DNA of 64,000 bases, taken from assembly GCA_963764045.1 (NCBI GenBank), contig CAVXQW010000013.1, forward strand, positions 40-64,039. The letters are read 5' to 3'. This document shows, piece after piece, positions 41,586 to 49,565 of this stretch. Position 1 is the first letter of the stretch; each line of letters starts with the position of its first letter. The DNA is from an uncultured bacterium. GTDB lineage: Bacteria; Desulfobacterota; Deferrimicrobia; Deferrimicrobiales; Deferrimicrobiaceae. Below the pieces are notes generated by a model. It was given only the letters and a program-made list of their open reading frames with translations, ran no database searches and was not told the origin of the DNA. The position numbers and the translations under genes were made by a program.

Positions 41586-41909
41586 CTACCACTCCGGCTT
41601 GACGACCTTGAGCTTCATCCAGTCCTTCATCGCCCGGGTGCAGTCGGCGTTCCAGTCCGGGTTGTTGTACGTGTCCGGCGCCTGTCCGGGCCACCAGCAG
41701 TACATGTCGGTGGTGCCGAAGAGATCCGTCTCGATCGGCGTGCAGAGCTGTTTCGTGGAGCCGGTCCAGTCGATCTCGTACCCGGGGTTGAACACGGACG
41801 TGCAGGTGTGCATGAACGGGATGCTCCCCTGCGCCTCCACGACCGGGAGTTCCGCCTTTCCCTTTTCGATCTTCTTCCCCTTGCGGTTGACCCCTTTCAG
41901 GTGCTTCAT
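41586..41909 (-). CDS. qhpC: quinohemoprotein amine dehydrogenase gamma-subunit precursor (RiPP-like, CTQ-bearing)
   Basis: 107 aa with a Lys-rich leader MKHLKGVNRKGKKIEKGKAELPVVEAQG. The core CTSVFNPGYEIDW..QLCTPIETDLFGTTDMYCWWPGQAPD matches the CTTSFDPGWEVD..LCQPMEADLYGC.DPCWWPAQV.D pattern. ATGA overlap with qhpD. Confidence 0.85.
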   Translation of the reverse strand: MKHLKGVNRKGKKIEKGKAELPVVEAQGSIPFMHTCTSVFNPGYEIDWTGSTKQLCTPIETDLFGTTDMYCWWPGQAPDTYNNPDWNADCTRAMKDWMKLKVVKPEW

Positions 41910-43321
41910 GCGATCCCCCTTTCGCCGAGCACGGCATCGAGAAACGTCGGCGTTTCGTTTTGTATGCGAACGTAGGTCCGAAGGCCCAGAAGGAACAGCT
42001 CCTTGATCCAGCGGCAATAGTGCGTCGAAGGGGCGAAGAGGTCTCCCTGCCGGAGGTACGCGTCGTGGTAGCACCCCCCGGCGCAGAAGTTCTTCGCCCA
42101 GCAGGCGTCGCATCCGGACTCGCGTCGACGCCTCGCCCCGTCGAGGAACCGGGCGCGGGCATCCGAAGCGATCCCGCGGGACGGGTCGCCCATGGATTCT
42201 CCGACCCCGCAGAGCCGGTGGCACGGGTAGAGAACCCCCGAGGGGTCGGCGGCCAGCATCCCGATCCCCGCCCCGCACGGGTACGGCATCGGGTCCCCGC
42301 GGTGGATCAACCCGAGGATCTGCGTCATGTTCGAGAACGCCGGCATCCGGCGTTCCCGCACGTCGTCGACGTATTCCACGGCCAGATCCCGGAACCCGTC
42401 CAGCACCGCGTCGAGCTCTTCCCCGGTGAGCGCGGTGCGGCTCCCCTCCTTGGCGCTTGCCGGGGCGAATCCCACCTCGTCGAACCCGATGTCCCGGAGG
42501 TGCCGGAACGTCGTTCGCACGTCGACGCCGCCGCTCCCCAGGGTGACGCGCGCCGCCAGCGGATACCCGCCCCGGTTTTCCATCAAGTGCGCTATCCCTC
42601 GCTTCACGTCGTCGTAGGAGCCGCGCCCCGTCGCGTAGGGGCGATTGACGTCGTGAACCTCGCGGGGGCCGTCGACGCTGACGCACACGGAGACGCGGTT
42701 CTCCTTAAGGAACCGCGCGATCTCCGCGGTCAGGAGCGTACCGTTGGTCGTGAGGGAAAAGGAGATCTCCTTCCCTCTAGCCTTGGCCATCGCTCGCGCT
42801 TCGTGAACCGCGACCCGCAGGAGGGGGAAACGGAGGAGCGGCTCCCCCCCGAAGAGGACGACGGACACCTTCCTGACCTCCCCGGAATGGTCGAGCAGGA
42901 ACCCGACGCTCTCGCGGAGCGACTCCGGGGACATCTCCCCCGGCTCCCCTCCCCCGTCCACCGGCGGGACGCACCCTTCCTCGCGGTCCTCGTAGCAGTA
43001 GCGGCACGCGAGGTTGCAGGAGGTCGTCAGCATCAGGACGAGCGTCCGGAGCCGCAAGGGAGGATGGGTGGGCCGGAAAGCCGGCCCGTGTCCCTCGGCG
43101 GGTTCCAGAAGTCGCGCCCGGCGAAGATCCGACAGGATCTCCGCCGGCACGGCGCCGGGATCGGACGATGCAAGGGCGGACAAGGCATCCCGCGCCCCGT
43201 CGTCCATCCGGAACAGTCCCCCGGATTCCGCCGCGTAGAGATACGTCTCCCCTTCCGCCGTGAAACTGCGGTGCGGGAGAAGAGCCGCTTCGACGCCGGA
43301 CCTTCGCGCGATGTTTCCCAT
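41906..43321 (-). CDS. qhpD: radical-SAM/SPASM thioether-forming enzyme QhpD
   Basis: MLTTSCNLACRYCYE, FGGEPLL, and SPASM Cys cluster PCGAGIG..YPCHRLC..GCDACWAKNFCAGGCYH..YCRW. Confidence 0.85.
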   Translation of the reverse strand: MGNIARRSGVEAALLPHRSFTAEGETYLYAAESGGLFRMDDGARDALSALASSDPGAVPAEILSDLRRARLLEPAEGHGPAFRPTHPPLRLRTLVLMLTTSCNLACRYCYEDREEGCVPPVDGGGEPGEMSPESLRESVGFLLDHSGEVRKVSVVLFGGEPLLRFPLLRVAVHEARAMAKARGKEISFSLTTNGTLLTAEIARFLKENRVSVCVSVDGPREVHDVNRPYATGRGSYDDVKRGIAHLMENRGGYPLAARVTLGSGGVDVRTTFRHLRDIGFDEVGFAPASAKEGSRTALTGEELDAVLDGFRDLAVEYVDDVRERRMPAFSNMTQILGLIHRGDPMPYPCGAGIGMLAADPSGVLYPCHRLCGVGESMGDPSRGIASDARARFLDGARRRRESGCDACWAKNFCAGGCYHDAYLRQGDLFAPSTHYCRWIKELFLLGLRTYVRIQNETPTFLDAVLGERGIA

Positions 43322-43337
43322 GGGGTCCGCGCGCCCC

Positions 43338-44924
43338 TTACTGGACCGGCCTCTGGACGTACAGAGGGATGGTGGCGAGCAGATAGCCGCGGGCGGACAG
43401 CGTCCCGCCGCCGGGCGCGGCCCAGGAGGCCGTCACCCAGACGTCCCCCATGTTGTTTTCCTGCATGGCCCGTTTCGGGTTGGGGCCTTCGTTCCCCGGG
43501 GTGAAGAGCCCGTTTCCGTCGATCGTCCCGACGAACTCCACGTCGTGGTCCTCGTTGGAACTCGCAAGCTCCACGACGTTCCACGCCGCCGGGACGCGGC
43601 CGATCTCGATGTCGTCCGCGGTGCCCGCGGCGCCGTCGGCGCCCTTGCTGCAGGCCATGGCGTCGAACTGGACGAGCTGCTTCACGGCGTACCCCAGCCC
43701 TCCGGTGCGGGACATCGCGGGGGACGGAACCACCTTGATGTAGTCGACGGCAGTGTAGACCGCGAAGAGCTTGTCTGCCGCAGCGTTCCCGGCTTTTGCG
43801 TTCCGGTACCCAGAGGGGGCCTTGTCGGCGACGTCCACGGTGACCACAACCTTCGTCGGCGTCGCGGAAACGACCTTATTGACGGTCACCCCGTCGCCCA
43901 GGCTCACCTCTTTCGAAAGGCCGGTCCCGACGACCGTCACGGTGGCACCCTTCGTCCCGGCCCGGAGGGCCTTCGGCATCACGGAGAGGATCCTCGGGGA
44001 GCTCCCTGCGAAGGCGCGGGTTTCAACGCCGCGCAGCTCGAAGTGCGGGTCGTCGAACCGGACCCCGGTGAAGGTCGAACCGTCCATGGAGATGTGGAAG
44101 ACTTCGCGGATCGGCTTCCCGGCCAGGGTGCCGGAAGCCCGCCAGGCGTAGCCGCCGTAGAGGGTCGCCTTCCCCTCGATCGGCTGCTTCTCCCCGTTCT
44201 CGAACTCCACCGTTCCGGCGTAGGAATAGAAGGGCTCACCCGTCTTCTTCAACTGGATCTCGCCACTGTACGCGCCTTTCCCGGCCTGGTACCCGGCAAC
44301 GACCCACTTCCCCTCGCCCGCCTTCGGGCGGGAGGAGACCCACTGCTTCCATTCCGGAGTCTCCAGCGGGAACCGTTTCTGCAACTCCTTCACGCAGGCG
44401 GCGAGCGTTTCGTCCCAGTCGAGGACGTCCTGGAGCTGGTAGAGCCACATCGGAAGGACGCCCGAGTGCATGTTGGCGAGTTTCGGCCAGTCTTCCGGGG
44501 CGCGGCGCTGGAGGGCGGTCTTCGCGTAGCTGTGGCACCGCACGCACACGTCGATGATCAACTGGCTGTCGACCTTCTCCTTGGTGTCCCGCTTCTCGAG
44601 GGTGTAGGCGTACGGCGCCACCTCGGCGGGGGCCAGCCCCTGCTTGTCGGAGAAGTAGAGGAGGAGCGATTCCTTCTCCTCCTTGGTGATCGACAGCCCG
44701 TGGATCCGTTTATGGCGCCACAACGTCTCTTCCCACGCTTCCGGCACCTGCCGGAGGTAGGAGATCCTGGAGACGAGTCCCCCGTTGTTCTTGTGGCAGT
44801 CGGTGCACATCTTCAATACCAGGTCGCTGGTGACCGGGATCCCCGTCTCGCCGAGGGCCGCCCACGCCGTCGCCAGCATGAACGCCAGGCCAACGATAAA
44901 ACACAATCCCATCTTCCTTCGCAT
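43338..44924 (-). CDS. qhpA: quinohemoprotein amine dehydrogenase alpha subunit (dihaem cytochrome c + beta domains)
   Basis: Signal peptide, two haem sites CTDCH and CVRCH in the N-terminal about 170 aa, then three beta-sandwich-like domains. 528 aa. Confidence 0.85.
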   Translation of the reverse strand: MRRKMGLCFIVGLAFMLATAWAALGETGIPVTSDLVLKMCTDCHKNNGGLVSRISYLRQVPEAWEETLWRHKRIHGLSITKEEKESLLLYFSDKQGLAPAEVAPYAYTLEKRDTKEKVDSQLIIDVCVRCHSYAKTALQRRAPEDWPKLANMHSGVLPMWLYQLQDVLDWDETLAACVKELQKRFPLETPEWKQWVSSRPKAGEGKWVVAGYQAGKGAYSGEIQLKKTGEPFYSYAGTVEFENGEKQPIEGKATLYGGYAWRASGTLAGKPIREVFHISMDGSTFTGVRFDDPHFELRGVETRAFAGSSPRILSVMPKALRAGTKGATVTVVGTGLSKEVSLGDGVTVNKVVSATPTKVVVTVDVADKAPSGYRNAKAGNAAADKLFAVYTAVDYIKVVPSPAMSRTGGLGYAVKQLVQFDAMACSKGADGAAGTADDIEIGRVPAAWNVVELASSNEDHDVEFVGTIDGNGLFTPGNEGPNPKRAMQENNMGDVWVTASWAAPGGGTLSARGYLLATIPLYVQRPVQ

Positions 44925-44987
44925 CGCTCTCCTCCTCGTACGGTGGAATGATCGGGGGATAACAAATCTTGTCTCCTGCGTCGGTCA

Positions 44988-45002
44988 GCAATTCCCGTTC
45001 CA
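44988..45002 (-). promoter_or_regulatory. sigma54 (-24/-12)-like promoter upstream of qhpA
   Basis: The minus strand reads TGGAACGGGAATTGC (GG-N10-GC), about 65 nt upstream of ATG 44924. An IHF-consensus-like AATCAATGAATTG (minus strand, 45042-45054) lies just upstream in an AT-rich tract. Confidence 0.45.
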
Positions 45003-45260
45003 TCGGTCCAAAGTTACTCTTTATTCCAAGTTCATTCCGTGCAATTCATTGATTTTACAATGAAAATCTCCTATGCCTCAAATGCGCAAATAATTACTCG
45101 CAACAGGAATCGCCGGGAACTTCGCGAGCCCCGAGGGATCACAATTAAGAAACGGTGTGTCAAAAACGGGAATTACAGTCGGATGCAAAGGGTGCCCCGA
45201 CCTGGGGCATGAGCCGGTCCGGGAGGAACGATGACCAAGGCCATTCCGGGGAATCAGAGC

Positions 45261-45298
45261 GAAAATCTCATCCCCCATCCGCCTTGCGGATGGGGGAT
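45261..45298 (-). terminator. rho-independent terminator after the Tim44-like gene
   Basis: 13-bp perfect stem ATCCCCCATCCGC / GCGGATGGGGGAT (45270-45298) with a 3-nt loop. On the minus strand it is followed by GAGATTTTC. Confidence 0.55.
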
Positions 45299-45305
45299 CC
45301 TGCCG

Positions 45306-46244
45306 CTATGAAGTCTGCTGGATCGCGGAGAGACGCCAGGTCCCGGGACCGACCGCCCGGGTAAAGGTCCAGAACTCCTCGAACTTGACGGGGACGGTAT
45401 CGCTCCCCGAAAGAACTTTTCCCGTCTCGTCCGTGGTGTAGTCCAGCAGGTTCGCCTGGAAGAGCACGGTCACGAAATCCTGCCCCGACTCCTGCCACGC
45501 CTCGGTGATCTCGACGTTTCGCACGGAGATGTTCTCCAGGCGGTTGATCCGCCCCTTCGCCTTCAACGCGTCCGCGTCCGCCTGCAACGTTGCGCGCATC
45601 TCGTCGGTCAGCATGCCCGCCACCACCGACATGTCACGGCGCGTCCAACCTCCCTGCAAGCGAAAGAACGCATCCGACGCCGTTTCCCCGAACGTCTTCG
45701 CGTCGAAGGAGGGATCCATCCGGCGGATATACTCGAGCCCTTTGTCGCGATCCTCGCCGGTGGTGTCGGCGACGGCCGCCGGTGCCGCGTACGGCCCGGG
45801 AGTCGTCCCCTCGACCTGCGACGGCCATGCCGGCGGTTCCTGCCGGCGCTTGTAGAACCGGTACGCCAGATATCCGAGGCCGACCAGAAGGAGGATGGGG
45901 AGAATGCCGCCGAGCCCTCCACCGCCGCCCATGCCGCCCAGTCCACCGAAAAGCATGCTCCCGAGGAACCCGCCGGCCAGCCCTCCCATCATGCCGCGCA
46001 TGAATCCGCCCGTTTGGGGCGTGGGACCCTGGGCCGGTGCCGCGGATGTGGATGTCGAAGGGGAAGGGGACGTGGCCGACGGGATCGACGGCGAAGAGGG
46101 GCGGGTCGGCGTCGACATGCTTCGCGATCCGCGGCTGCCGGAGGAACGACTCCCACCGACCCGTGCGAACGCCTCCACGGTCATGAACAGAAACACGGCG
46201 GCGGAAAGGCAGACGGCAGCGACGACAAACGATCGATTCTTCAT
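45306..46244 (-). CDS. Tim44-like domain membrane protein
   Basis: Signal/TM segment, Ser/Pro-rich and Gly-rich (GGLGGMGGGGGLGG) region, a second TM, then the C-terminal Tim44-like fold DPSFDAKTFGETASDAFFRLQGGWTRRDM..FWTFTR. Confidence 0.7.
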   Translation of the reverse strand: MKNRSFVVAAVCLSAAVFLFMTVEAFARVGGSRSSGSRGSRSMSTPTRPSSPSIPSATSPSPSTSTSAAPAQGPTPQTGGFMRGMMGGLAGGFLGSMLFGGLGGMGGGGGLGGILPILLLVGLGYLAYRFYKRRQEPPAWPSQVEGTTPGPYAAPAAVADTTGEDRDKGLEYIRRMDPSFDAKTFGETASDAFFRLQGGWTRRDMSVVAGMLTDEMRATLQADADALKAKGRINRLENISVRNVEITEAWQESGQDFVTVLFQANLLDYTTDETGKVLSGSDTVPVKFEEFWTFTRAVGPGTWRLSAIQQTS

Positions 46245-46330
46245 GATCCCTCCGGATCGGATACAGATCGGTAGCAAGGTATCGCGGGGCGCCCCGACGC
46301 GTCAACCTGCCGGGAGCGGATCCGACGCCG

Positions 46331-46801
46331 CTACCCGCGGCCCTCGGGACCGAATTCCCGGATGAGAAACCGACGCCGGAACGCGAAGATCTCCGCGAGC
46401 CTGCGTCGGACCAGGGGACCGCCGAATACCTTCCCGATCCCGCCGAATGGAAGGGCGTAGTGGACGATGTCTTCCATTTCGACGCCCTCTTCGACTTCCC
46501 GGAAATGGTGCTCGTGGTGCCAGAACCGGTACGGTCCGAACCGCTGTTCGTCGACGAACAGCGACGGTTCCCGCATCTGGGTGATCTCCGTGACCCACCC
46601 CACCGATACCCACGGGATCGGGCGTACGCGGTAGGTGATGATCATGCCGGGGTACATCTCCCCCGGGAGCACCGACGTCACCTGGAGTCCGAGGGAGGGA
46701 GGCGTGATCCGGGGCAGGTTCCGCGGGTCCGAGAAGAATCTCCATGCCACCGGCAGGGAAATCGGGAGACGTTGCATCTCCCGCAATACGAACGTCTTCA
46801 T
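46331..46801 (-). CDS. SRPBCC-superfamily protein
   Basis: MKTFVLREMQRLPISLPVAWRFFSDPRNLPRITPP..FVDEQRFGPYRFWHHEHHF. ATG 46801 lies inside ORF 46331-47008. Confidence 0.65.
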   Translation of the reverse strand: MKTFVLREMQRLPISLPVAWRFFSDPRNLPRITPPSLGLQVTSVLPGEMYPGMIITYRVRPIPWVSVGWVTEITQMREPSLFVDEQRFGPYRFWHHEHHFREVEEGVEMEDIVHYALPFGGIGKVFGGPLVRRRLAEIFAFRRRFLIREFGPEGRG

Positions 46802-46955
46802 CCCGCACGCCCCCGATCGCGGTCCGGAGACAGAAGACTCAAGGGGCAGGCCGGCAGATCCCCTGGACGCGCTGCGCGAAGGCCGAAAGGAGCGGCTCGG
46901 CCTGATCCGCGGGAGATCTTCCCGGCGACGGCGATGATGCATCCGCCCTCCGGGG

Positions 46956-47735
46956 TCATCCACAAGTTCGCCGGAAGGGGTCTGTGCGCTGGACAGGGTC
47001 GGCGTCACACTCCCGGTACCCCGGGAGCTCCCGCGCGAGGCGCGCCTTCCGCGCGGCGCCGCCGTCCGCCGCGGGCGGCAGGAGCAGATAGTGGCCGGAG
47101 GCGGTGGCGGTGGAGAACTTCACCTCGAAGCCCGGGGCCAGGCACTCGTAGCCCAGCATCGCCCGTTTCTGGTAGAGGATCGATCCGGAGACCCTCCCCG
47201 GCAGGTCGTCCAGCGCCCTCGCCTCCTCCGGCGGAGCGCCGCTCCCGGAAAGGAGCGGGACGATCTCCGAGGAGATGCCGACGACGTCGTTCCGGGATCC
47301 GTCACCGGGCTTCGAACGGACGCGAACGAACGTTTCGCCCCGGAAGAAATCGGCCGACGTATCCGAGACGATCGCCTCCGAGGGAGGGATCCGGAGAATC
47401 TCCTGGTCCGGGTACCGGTACTGGGACCAGATCCCGTAGGCGTCCCGGGGAGACGCCATCCGGTACAGTTCCAGTCGCACCTCGGAGCCGGGTCTCGCGA
47501 TACTGCCGAGAACGGCGACCGTCATGCGCTCCATCCCGTATGGGAGAACCAGCTCGGCTTCCCCGTCGATCTCCTCGTAGAGGTTGTCGGGCCCGAAGGT
47601 CCGCACGGGCTCGAGGAGTTTCCATCCCCCCTTCGCCGCGAGGGCTCCGGGAACGGGATCCCCGGGATCCGCCGCCCCGGCCGGGAGGACGGTCGCCGCG
47701 AGGAGCAGCAGCGCCGCAAGGAGGACCGTCTTCAT
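46956..47735 (-). CDS. secreted protein of unknown function
   Basis: Signal peptide MKTVLLAALLLLAATVLPAGA followed by ..PDNLYEEIDGEAELVLPYGM... The start overlaps the AKR stop (ATGA). It forms the lower part of the 912-aa ORF 46956-49694. Confidence 0.55.
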   Translation of the reverse strand: MKTVLLAALLLLAATVLPAGAADPGDPVPGALAAKGGWKLLEPVRTFGPDNLYEEIDGEAELVLPYGMERMTVAVLGSIARPGSEVRLELYRMASPRDAYGIWSQYRYPDQEILRIPPSEAIVSDTSADFFRGETFVRVRSKPGDGSRNDVVGISSEIVPLLSGSGAPPEEARALDDLPGRVSGSILYQKRAMLGYECLAPGFEVKFSTATASGHYLLLPPAADGGAARKARLARELPGYRECDADPVQRTDPFRRTCG

Positions 47736-48921
47736 CCCGCAAGCCGCGCGTGGGCCCTTCGCGCCAGCCGCCCCACCGGAAGCCGCAACCGGCACTCGAC
47801 GAGGCACGTCTCGCACTCCACGCAGGCGGCGGCGTTCCGGCCCGGGGGAAGGGAGCCGTAGGCGGAGCGCGCGAGATCCTCCTCCCGGTACCCCTCGAGG
47901 TACGTCAGGGACCGCAGCACGTTCGGGACCTCGACGCCGCTCGGGCAGACCCCGCCGCAAGCGCCGCACAGGCCGCAATGACGATCCCCGATTTCGAGCG
48001 CGTACCGGCCGAGGGCGATCCGGTCCGCGAGCGCGAACCGCTTCCCGCGCGCCCCGAGATTCTCCTCGACCTGGGCATAGCTCGTCATCCCCGGGATCGC
48101 GAGGGTCACGCCGGGATTGGCGAGGACCCAGGCGAGGGCCGCCTGGTACGGGCTGAATCCCCCCGGCGGCGACGCATATCCCCCGGCCTGGGTTTTCATC
48201 GCGATGATGCCGATCCCGGATGCGGCAGCCCCCCGGATCGTGTTCGAGAGCCCCGGGGTCATCTCCGAGAGCGCCCTTCCCCGTCGCCACGACGCCTGTA
48301 TCGGAGCGGAAGTTGTACGCCACGAGGACCGTCTTGTAGAACCCGTGTTTCGCGACAGCGCGCAGGACGGCTTCCTGCCCGCTGTGGGTCGTGACCCCCA
48401 CGGCGCGGACCTTCCCCTGCTCGATCAGCTTCTGGAAAACCTCTCGGGCCCTCTCGTCGGCCACTTCGGCTTCGGTACTGACGTTGTGGAGCTGGAGAAG
48501 GTCGATGACGTCCGCTTTCAAGGAGCGGAGGCTGTTCTCGGCGGAGAGGATCATCTCGTCCACCGTGCCGATTTTCACCTTGGTCGCCAGGGTCACTTTG
48601 TCCCGGATGCCGGCCAGCGCCCTCCCGACGATCCGCTCGTTTTCACCGCCCATGTACCGGGCCGCCGTGTCTACATAGTCCACACCCCGATCGACGGCGA
48701 ACCGGATCACTTCCGGATCGCGGGTGGTCATCGCGCCGAACCCGATGGTCCCGACCTGGAACCCGGTTTTCCCCAACGGCCGCTTTTCAAGCGGGGCCGT
48801 GGACGGGCCCGCCGCAGATAAAGCGGTCTGCGGAATCCCGGGCAGCGTCGCGCCCACCGCAACACCGGCCGCGGCGCCCATCATACGAAGGAAATCCCTG
48901 CGCGTCGCTCTTGGCCGCATC
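47732..48921 (-). pseudogene. Tat-exported aldo/keto reductase with C-terminal 4Fe-4S domain, one frameshift near 48260
   Basis: Twin-arginine signal MRPRATRRDFLRMMGAAAG. AKR core GFGAMT..VDYVDTAARY..IDLLQLH. C-terminus in ORF 47732-48262 with CGLCGACGGVCP and CVECETCLVEC. Confidence 0.75.
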
Positions 48922-49115
48922 CTGCGCTCCTCCTTCCATCGCCGGCGGACGCGCACAAGCGCAGTCCGGGTTGCGGAACGGGCATCAACGGATAGCGTAG
49001 CCGACTCCCCGGTCGGAGTCCACCGACCGGATCCTCCAGCGCTACCCGTGGTCCCCGCAACAGGAGCCGAACGCCTCCGTTGTTCGAGGGCAGGAAAGCG
49101 TGATGTAATCTCCCC

Positions 49116-49565
49116 ATGAGGACCTTGCTGCTCTTCCTTCTCCTCTCGTGCATCTCCCTCTACGCCTCGGCCGACGGGGATGCGGATCTCCCCCCCTGCC
49201 CCTCGTCTCCCAATTGCGTGTCGAGCAGCGATCCGGACCCGGACCACCGCGTCGACCCGATCCCTTTCCAGGGGACGGAGGAGGATGCCCGGGAGGCGAT
49301 CGAATCGGTCGTACGCTCTTTCCCCCGCGCTACCATCGTCGCCGCTTCGGGAACCGTTGTCCGGGCGGAGTTCCGGTCGTGGATGGGGTTCGTGGACGAC
49401 GTGGAATTCCGGATCGACGCATCGGCCGGGTTGGTCCACGTCCGTTCGGCATCGCGGAAGGGATACTGGGACTTCGGCGTCAACCGGCGAAGGGTCGAGG
49501 CGATCCGGAAGGCGTTCGGAATCGTCATGGAGACGCGGAAGGGCGCAGGGCCGGGGTACCGCTGA
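49116..49565 (+). CDS. DUF1499-family protein (secreted/lipoprotein-like)
   Basis: Signal peptide [17 protein letters not shown] followed by [37 protein letters not shown]. Confidence 0.7.
   Translation: MRTLLLFLLLSCISLYASADGDADLPPCPSSPNCVSSSDPDPDHRVDPIPFQGTEEDAREAIESVVRSFPRATIVAASGTVVRAEFRSWMGFVDDVEFRIDASAGLVHVRSASRKGYWDFGVNRRRVEAIRKAFGIVMETRKGAGPGYR

Noticed and set aside
45078-45278. 66-aa minus-strand ORF in the qhpA upstream region
   Set aside because: It has no Shine-Dalgarno and no motif, and it overlaps the terminator hairpin of the Tim44-like gene and the AT-rich regulatory tract. It is unlikely to be coding.
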